NCBI RefSeq assembly: GCF_006345805.1
Contig: NC_043008.1
Location: 18,600,001-18,664,000, forward strand
Reading direction: 5' to 3'
Source: Octopus sinensis
Taxonomy: Eukaryota
DNA: 64,000 nt
Position numbers and translations under genes: made by a program. Positions 56,480 through 64,000 of the stretch are shown here, in pieces. Under the pieces are notes generated by a model. That model made no database searches. It was not told the origin of the DNA and worked only from the letters and a program-made list of their open reading frames with translations. Numbering within the stretch: position 1 is the stretch's first letter; each line of letters opens with the position of its first letter.

Positions 56480-56815
56480 GCAGAATAAGATTCACGTCGG
56501 CGAACTCCAAGATCAAAAACGCCGTCTACCAATGCAAGGTTTACACGGACTCAGATGTCTTCACTTATGTAGGGGCCTCATCCTCAAGATTGTCTTTGCG
56601 TGTCTCCAACCATTACGCAACTTTTCGGGACATGAACAAAGCGCCAGACCACGGGACTCAGTAGCTAATATGGCGACTGAAGGATACGAACTTAAGCTAC
56701 AGGCTGGAATGGTCAATTTGTCGGTGGCCCTCCCATTTGATAGGCGCAGAAGGCAGTGGCAACCTTTGTGTCTCCGAACTCTTCCATATTTTGTTTGCCA
56801 GAGGCCGGATGGTAA
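56480..56815 (+). pseudogene. GIY-YIG endonuclease domain (sense copy, frameshifted)
   Basis: Same motifs as the inverted copy, with extra indels. Confidence 0.85.
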
Positions 56816-57470
56816 ACGGGCTTTTACAGTCGGCTTTTCGATGCCCCCATTGGCGGCGTTACACTTATCTGGCTTTTAATAGCGTTTATAAATAATACCG
56901 GCACCCATAGCCCTTTGGTAACAAATTCTGAAATAGCCTTTAAGATATCTACGATTAACCACTGCAAGGGGAATTACTCCTGTTAGACAAACGGGGCTTG
57001 GTTTTTTCACAGCGGGGGGTTTCCTTGACAAGGCAGGCTTAGATGAACACACACACACACATAAAACATAATATATATTTTTTTTTTCTGCCACCCAACG
57101 GTTCTCGCGGCAGTAGCCACTGACAGCCGAACGATCAAACGCACACACGTACACAAAAAATGTTTTCTACCCCTACGCCAACACACACATATATAGAACA
57201 GTATACACACACACACGTCTCTAAGTAGATTTTTTCTCGCCCCTTATAAAACATCCAATATTCCTTAAATAGTCAGAACTTTATTCTCGGTCACAAAGAA
57301 CACCCACACACCCCCACCCACATGATTGACCGATGCCTGACCCGTAAATTCTTCAGCCACCGGTTCTCAACATACACTGATAAACAGTTTCGCCATGGGC
57401 TCTTAGGAGCATAGTTCGATTTGTTTTTGCTCCGCCTCTGTTCTGTTTTTGTTTTCCACGGATTTCCTAT

Positions 57471-57555
57471 TTTCTTCCTGAAGAGAAAGACACAATATGG
57501 CCATTATTCAATCGGATTTTGGTAATTTGTGCCTTCGAAACACGTGTAGAATGGA
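57471..57555 (+). ncRNA. Type I hammerhead ribozyme in the right pLTR
   Basis: CTGAAGA at 57478-57484, GAAA at 57537-57540, CACGTGTA^ with predicted cleavage after 57548. Confidence 0.78.
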
Positions 57556-57610
57556 ATAAAACGATTTCTGTTCAATCTGCGTTCAGCTCCATTTCTTCAA
57601 TTCACCAATA

Positions 57611-57659
<49 letters not shown>

Positions 57660-58184
57660 TATATATATATATATATACATTAGCTATTCTCAATTGCTTT
57701 TACAATGTTTTATAAACAGCAGTCTTTGAAAGAAGTGTTATGTTTACCTGTAAGTGAAGACCGTTCAAAAGACTCTGTGACAGCACTAATGTTTTTAACA
57801 TATTACAGAATGTCAAACAGTTGTTTTACTGGCTACATGCAGCACTTCAACTGCAATGAGTGGAAAGTCTGCGAGTATGCGGGTTTATTTGCCAGGAATG
57901 CATGAATGCTACAGAACTACATGCAATATCGGTGTTTTCACCAAAACTGCGTTAAACATGATGCAGCACGGATTTTTGTCAGTGAACAGGTCGCGGATTT
58001 TAGCGACGAAAATATTTTGACAAATTAAACTTAAATGTTGAAGTGAATCGAACGGCTTTTGTGTGTTTCTTAAATGGCTTACAAACACCTTCCACGCTGC
58101 AATTGTTTTCGTTTCAGCACACGATCTCAGATCAAATCATTTGCTATGCGACTACATCTGCGTTAAACAAAATAATAGTAATTG

Positions 58185-58406
58185 TAATAATCGTTTCTAC
58201 CAGAAGCACAATGCCTCAAATTTGGCGGAGGGGGGACTAGTCCGTTACATCGACCCCACTACTCAACTGGTACTTAATTTATCGCTCTCGAAAACGATGA
58301 AAGGCAAAGTCGACCTCGGCGGAATTTGAACTCAGAACGTAACGGCAGACGAAATACCACTAAGCATTTCGCCCGGTGTGCTAACGTTTCTGCCAGCTCA
58401 TCGCTC
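58185..58406 (-). mobile_element. SINE family A
   Basis: Reverse complement of the consensus, head ...CTGCCAGCTCATCGC. Confidence 0.9.
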
Positions 58407-58455
58407 TTAATAATAATAATAATAATAATAATAATATAATAATAATAATAATAAT

Positions 58456-59155
58456 AAATTACCAAAAACATGTAATGAAAGAAATATTATAAGTAACTGC
58501 AGAATATGTGGAGATGGACAAGAACAATAAATCATATTATCTCTAGCTGCCCAGTCCTGGCTAAGAAGGAATATATTCACAGACATGACAGAGTTGGAAC
58601 CTACATACATTGGAAGCTATGTCAACATTATGGAATAACACAGAAAAAAGATGGTATAGGCACACACCAGAAAAGGTCACAGAAAACGAGAAAGCACCAT
58701 ACTCTGGGATATGCCGATACACCAGATAGAGAAATTAAGGCCAACAGACCAGATATAGTTGTCAGAGATCATGAAGAAAAAAAATTCTTTCTAATTGATG
58801 TATCAATACCGGCAGATGACAACGTGTCTCTAAAAGAAATGGAGAAACTCTCAAAATACAAAAGATGGAAATAGAGGTAACTAGAATGTGGAACCTGAAA
58901 ACAGAAACAATTCCTATTATAGTAGGTGCATTAGGCATGATAAAAAAATATTCAGACAAATACATAACAAAAAACCAGGACTTACAAACATATATAACAT
59001 ACAGAAAATTGCACTACTAGGCACTGCACACATCCTACGCAGAACACTTTCCATGCAATAACCATCAGAGCATCACAACAAATCACAGCACATACCCAAG
59101 GTGCACAGAGCTGCGCTCGGTAGTGAAGTGAAAGAACGCTATAAAAATAAAACTA

Positions 59156-59232
<77 letters not shown>
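58456..59232 (+). mobile_element. R4/Dong-like non-LTR retrotransposon 3' end (zinc knuckle + restriction-like endonuclease, 3' UTR, (TAA)n)
   Basis: CRICGDG..TINHIISSCPVLAKKEYIHRHDRV, RPDIVV..LIDVSIP..KE.EKLSKY, PIIVGALG, LLGTAHILRRTL* (stop 59059-59061); (TAA)n at 58408-58457 and 59158-59232. Confidence 0.9.
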
Positions 59233-59234
<2 letters not shown>

Positions 59235-59239
59235 CGAAC

Positions 59240-59600
59240 AAGATGTACCGCATATTTTATTTAGTTGATGATGCATGCCCCTCTGACCCGCGAGTAGTCA
59301 AGAATAAAGGCGAAAACAAAGATAAATATAACCCTCTTCAGTACGAAATAGCCCGGCTGTGGAAAATGAAGGTGGAGATAGTTCCAATCAGTCTTGGGTC
59401 ATTGGGAATAGTATCAGAATGCATCACGGGGAATATAAAGGAAGTTGGAATAGAGTGTCCACTAGTACTGTTACAAAAGTTTTGCATCCTTGGATCGGCC
59501 AGAATAAACTGGAAAGTATGAGCCGAAAATAATTCATAGCATGGTATGGTGGGCCGCAGGCAGCAAGCTCGCTACGTATGTAAGACTCCAGGAGCTCCAA
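59240..59600 (+). mobile_element. Second, diverged R4-like RLE C-terminal fragment with 3' UTR
   Basis: LVDDACPSD...KY..LQYEIARLWKMKVEIVPISLGSLG...LLQKFCILGSARI is homologous to, but distinct from, the preceding copy. Confidence 0.75.
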
Positions 59601-59690
59601 CAATCGACAGGCCCCCTCTTCAGAAATTTCGGGTCTAGAGTAGAAAAGAATAATATATATATAATTCAAGCTTAAATTCCCTCGAATGTC

Positions 59691-59726
<36 letters not shown>

Positions 59727-59728
<2 letters not shown>

Positions 59729-62700
59729 ACAATCAAAGAACGGCCATAATAGGCCATTCACCCACTAGAAATAACAGCCAAAGCTTCAACCGCAAATAAA
59801 AATCAATTCCGTAAACAGGAGAAAATTTAAAAGACATTTACCCTGTAATTTCTTATACGATGCAACGTTTCATCTGCTGTTTAATGGTAAACTAACCTGA
59901 TTAAATTAAATCAGGCCAATCTTCCATAGGCCCTCAGATTCTTCAGTAGAAATAGCCACAAGTCGGAACAGATATTTTCACGAGGCATTTCCGACCCTGC
60001 CAAGGTAATATCTGACCTAAAATTTTCAAATCATCGCACTCGCGGCAAATTTATCGGCAGCAAATAAATATAAGCCGTCGATTCCATTACGGAATTAACC
60101 AGAAAATTCATAATTAATCAATATAGGGTGGCAAAAAAAATTTTGTAGAATTTTTTTGCCACCAGCGGCCTAGTGGGAAAAAATTAAATAGTCATAGACC
60201 ATTTTTAAGTTCAACATCAACAATCAAGGAACGGCCATAATAGGCCATTCACCCACTAGAAATAAAACAGCCAAAGCTTCAACCGCAAATAAAAATCAAT
60301 AATCCGTAAACAGGAGAAAATTTAAAAAACATTTACCCTGTAATTTCTTATACGATGCACCGTTTCATCTGCTGTTTAATGGTAAACTAACCTGATTAAA
60401 TTAAATCAGGCCAATCTTCCATAGGCCCTCAGATTCTTCAGTAAGAAATAGCCACAAGTCGGAACAGATATTTTCACGAGGCATTTCCGACCCTGCCAAG
60501 GTAATATCTGACCTAAAATTTTCAAATCATCGCACTCGCGCCAAATTTATCGGCAGCAAATAAATATAAGCCGTCGATTCCATACGGAATTAACCAGAAA
60601 ATTCATAATAATCAATATAGGGTGGCAAAAAAAATTTTGTAGTTTTTTTGCCACCAGCGGCCTAGTGGGAAAAAATTAAATAGTCATAGACCATTTTTAA
60701 GTTCAACATCAACAATCAAGGAACGGCCATAATAGGCCATTCACCCACTAAATAACAGCCAAAGCTTCAACCGCAAATAAAAATCAATTCCGTAAACAGG
60801 AGAAAATTTAAAAAACATTTACCCTGTAATTTCTTATACGATCCACCGTTTCATCTGCTGTTTAATGGTAAACTAACCTGATTAAATTAAATCAGGCCAA
60901 TCTTCCATAGGCCCTCAGATTCTTCAGTAAGAAATAGCCACAAGTCGGAACAGATATTTTCACGAGGCATTTCCGACCCTGCCAAGGTATATCTGACCTA
61001 AAATTTTCAAATCATCGCACTCGCGCCAAATTTATCGGCAGCTAATAATATAAGCCGTCGATTCCATTACGGAATTAACCAGAAAATTCATATAATAATC
61101 AATATAGGGTGGCAAAAAAAATTTTGTAGAATTTTTTTCCACCAGCGGCCTAGTGGGAAAAAATTAAATAGTCATAGACCATTTTTAAGTTCAACATCAA
61201 CAATCAAGGAACGGCCATAATAGGCCATTCACCCACTAGAAATAACAGCCAAAGCTTCAACCGCAAATAAAAATCAATTCCGTAAACAGGAGAAAATTTA
61301 AAAAACATTTACCCTGTAATTTCTTATACGATGCCACCGTTTCATCTGCTGTTTAATGGTAAACTAACCTGATTAAATAAATCAGGCCAATCTTCCATAG
61401 GCCCTCAGATTCTTCAGTAAGAAATAGCCCAAGTCGGAACAGATATTTTCACGAGGCATTTCCGACCCTGCCAGGTAATATCTGACCTAAAATTTTCAAA
61501 TCATCGCACTCGCGCCAAATTTATCGGCAGCAAATAAATATAAGCCGTCGATTCCATTACGGAATTAACCAGAAAATTCATAATTAATCAATATAGGGTG
61601 GCAAAAAAAATTTTGTAGATTTTTTTGCCACCAGCGGCCTAGTGGGAAAAAATTAAATAGTCATAGACCATTTTTAGTTCAACATCAACAATCAAGGAAC
61701 GGCCATAATAGGCCATTCACCCACTAGAAATAACAGCCAAAGCTTCAACCGCAAATAAAAATCAATTCCGTAAACAGAGAGAAAATTTAAAAAAACATTT
61801 ACCCTGTAATTTCTTATACGATCACCGTTTCATCTGCTGTTTAATGGTAAACTAACCTGATTAAATTAAATCAGGCCAATCTTCCATAGGCCCTCAGATT
61901 CTTCAGTAAGAAATAGCCACAAGTCGGAACAGATATTTTCACGAGGCATTTCCGACCCTGCCAAGGTAATATCTGACCTAAAATTTTCAAATCATCGCAC
62001 TCGCGCCAAATTTATCGGCAGCAAATAAATATAAGCCGTCGATTCCATTACGGAATAACCAGAAAATTCATAATTAATCAATATAGGGTGGCAAAAAAAA
62101 TTTTGTAGAATTTTTTTCCACCAGCGGCCTAGTGGGAAAAAATTAAATAGTCATAGACCATTTTTAAGTTCAACATCAACAATCAAGGAACGGCCATAAT
62201 AGGCCATTCACCCACTAGAAATAACAGCCAAAGCTTCAACCGCAAATAAAAATCAATTCCGTAAACAGGAGAAAATTAAAAAACATTTACCCTGTAATTT
62301 CTTATACGATGCACCGTTTCATCTGCTGTTTAATGGTAAACTAACCTGATTAAATTAAATCAGGCCAATCTTCCATAGGCCCTCAGATTCTTCAGTAAGA
62401 AATAGCCACAAGTCGGAACAGATATTTTCACGAGGCATTTCCGACCCTGCCAAGGTAATATCTGACCTAAAATTTTCAAATCATCGCACTCGCGCCAAAT
62501 TTATCGGCAGCAAATAAAATAAGCCGTCGATTCCATTACGGAATTAACCAGAAAATTCATAATTAATCAATATAGGGTGGCAAAAAAAATTTTGTAGAAT
62601 TTTTTTCCACCAGCGGCCTAGTGGGAAAAAATTAAATAGTCATAGACCATTTTTAAGTTCAACATCAACAATCAAGGAACGGCCATAATAGGCCATTCAC

Positions 62701-64000
62701 CCACTAGAAATAACAGCCAAAGCTTCAACAACCGCAATAAAATCAATTCCGTAAACAGGAGAAAATTTAAAAAACATTTACCCTGTAATTTCTTATACGA
62801 TGCACCGTTTCATCTGCTTTTAATGGTAAAAGTAAACCCTGATTAAATTAAATCAGGCCAATCTTCATAGGCCCTCAGATTCTTCAGTAAGAAATAGCCA
62901 CAAGTCGAACAGATATTTTCACGAGGCATTTCCGACCCTGCCAAGGTAATATCTGACCTAAAATTTTCAAATCATCGCACTCGCGCCAAATTTATCGGCA
63001 GCAAATAAATATAAGCCGTCGATTCCATTACGGAATTAACCAGAAAATTCATAATTAATCAATATAGGTGGCCAAAAAAATTTTGTAGAATTTTTTTGCC
63101 ACCAGCGGCCTAGTGGGAAAAAATTAAATAGTCATAGACCATTTTTAAGTTCAACATCAACAATCAAGGAACGGCCATAATAGGCCATTCACCCACTAGA
63201 AATAACAGCCAAAGCTTCAACCGCAAATAAAAATCAATTCCGTAAACAGGAGAAAATTTAAAAAACATTTACCCTGTAATTTCTTATACGATGCACCGTT
63301 TCATCTGCTGTTTAATGGTAAACTAACCTGATTAAATTAAATCAGGCCAATCTTCCATAGGCCCTCAGATTCTTCAGTAAGAAATAGCCACAAGTCGAAC
63401 AGATATTTTCACGAGGCATTTCCGACCCTGCCAAGGTAATATCTGACCTAAAATTTTCAAATCATCGCACTCGCGGCAAATTTATCGGCAGCAAATAATA
63501 TAAGCCGTCGATTCCATTACGGAATTAACCAGAAAATTCATAATTAATCATATAGGGTGGCCAAAAAATTTTGTAGAATTTTTTTGCCACCAGCGGCCTA
63601 GTGGGAAAAAATTAATAGTCATAGACCATTTTTAAGTTCAACATCAACAATCAAGGAACGGCCATAATAGGCCATTCACCCACTAGAAATAACAGCCAAA
63701 GCTTCAACCGCAAATAAAAATCAATTCCGTAAACAGGAGAAAATTTAAAAAACATTTACCCTGTAATTTCTTATACGATCCACCGTTTCATCTGCTGTTT
63801 AATGGTAAACTAACCTGATAAATTAAATCAGGCCAATCTTCCATAGGCCCTCAGATTCTTCAGTAAGAAATAGCCACAAGTCGGAACAGATATTTTCACG
63901 AGGCATTTCCGAACCCTGCCAAGGTAATATCTGACCTAAAATTTTCAAATCATCGCACTCGCGCCAATTTATCGGCAGCAAATAAATATAAGCCGTCGAT
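59727..64000 (-). repeat. ~490-bp tandem array (8 full units + 1 partial, runs off the window); retrozyme-like
   Basis: Unit starts at 59727, 60218, 60710, 61198, 61686, 62177, 62666, 63158 and 63645. Units differ mostly by 1-bp indels; each carries a minus-strand HHR; the array abuts (TA)n at 59693-59726. Confidence 0.95.
60343..60449 (-). ncRNA. Type I hammerhead ribozyme (representative copy; others at 59848-59953, 60829-60935, 61319-61425, 61809-61914, 62297-62403, 62788-62895, 63279-63385, 63766-63871)
   Basis: ATTTCTTA CTGAAGA ATCTG [~58 nt] CAGAT GAAAC GGTGCATC GTA^ TAAGAAAT: 8-bp stem I, 5-bp basal stem II, near-palindromic stem III, intact core. Confidence 0.88.

Larger units (their letters stand above)
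53433..57614 (+). mobile_element. 5'-truncated Penelope-like element (RT + GIY-YIG + pLTR) with an inverted copy of its 3' part
   Basis: Inverted arms 53583-54948 / 56239-57614; sense RT spacer 54949-56238; (TA)n on both flanks (53352-53432 and 57614-57680). Confidence 0.92.

Noticed and set aside
59962-60014. HDV-like ribozyme in the array unit (crossing 7- and 8-bp helices)
   Set aside because: No pairable P3 and no J4/2 catalytic C on either strand; retained only as a possible pseudoknot.
59727-64000. CRISPR array or protein-coding repeat
   Set aside because: The ~490-bp units are near-identical, with no unique spacers and no ORF; the context is eukaryotic.

Overview
AT-rich, microsatellite-saturated eukaryotic DNA, very probably octopus (inferred from recognisable tRNA-derived SINE families and dense (TA)n/(CA)n/(TAGA)n tracts). 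No intact protein-coding gene is evident: most listed ORFs are translated microsatellites, and there are only three weak candidate exons. The window holds many SINEs (some with TSDs), two non-autonomous Helitrons, several MITE/foldback elements, R4/Dong-like LINE 3' ends in (TAA)n, and a 5'-truncated Penelope-like element (RT + GIY-YIG) with ~1.37 kb inverted arms (about 53.4-57.6 kb). The main unexpected signal is a set of hammerhead ribozyme (HHR) motifs found by reading the sequence. (1) A ~490-bp tandem array at 59727-64000 carries a complete type I HHR on the minus strand of all 9 copies, the architecture of a retrozyme/circRNA-producing locus. (2) Both Penelope pLTR arms carry a type I HHR. 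(3) A minimal HHR with a U3-A8 covariation lies at 13483. (4) A dispersed family carries a CUGUUGA-core variant. (5) A candidate non-circularly permuted HHR occurs at 45286-45346 with related copies at ~5.9 and ~6.2 kb. All ribozyme calls come from manual base-pairing and have not been tested by folding software or experiment.
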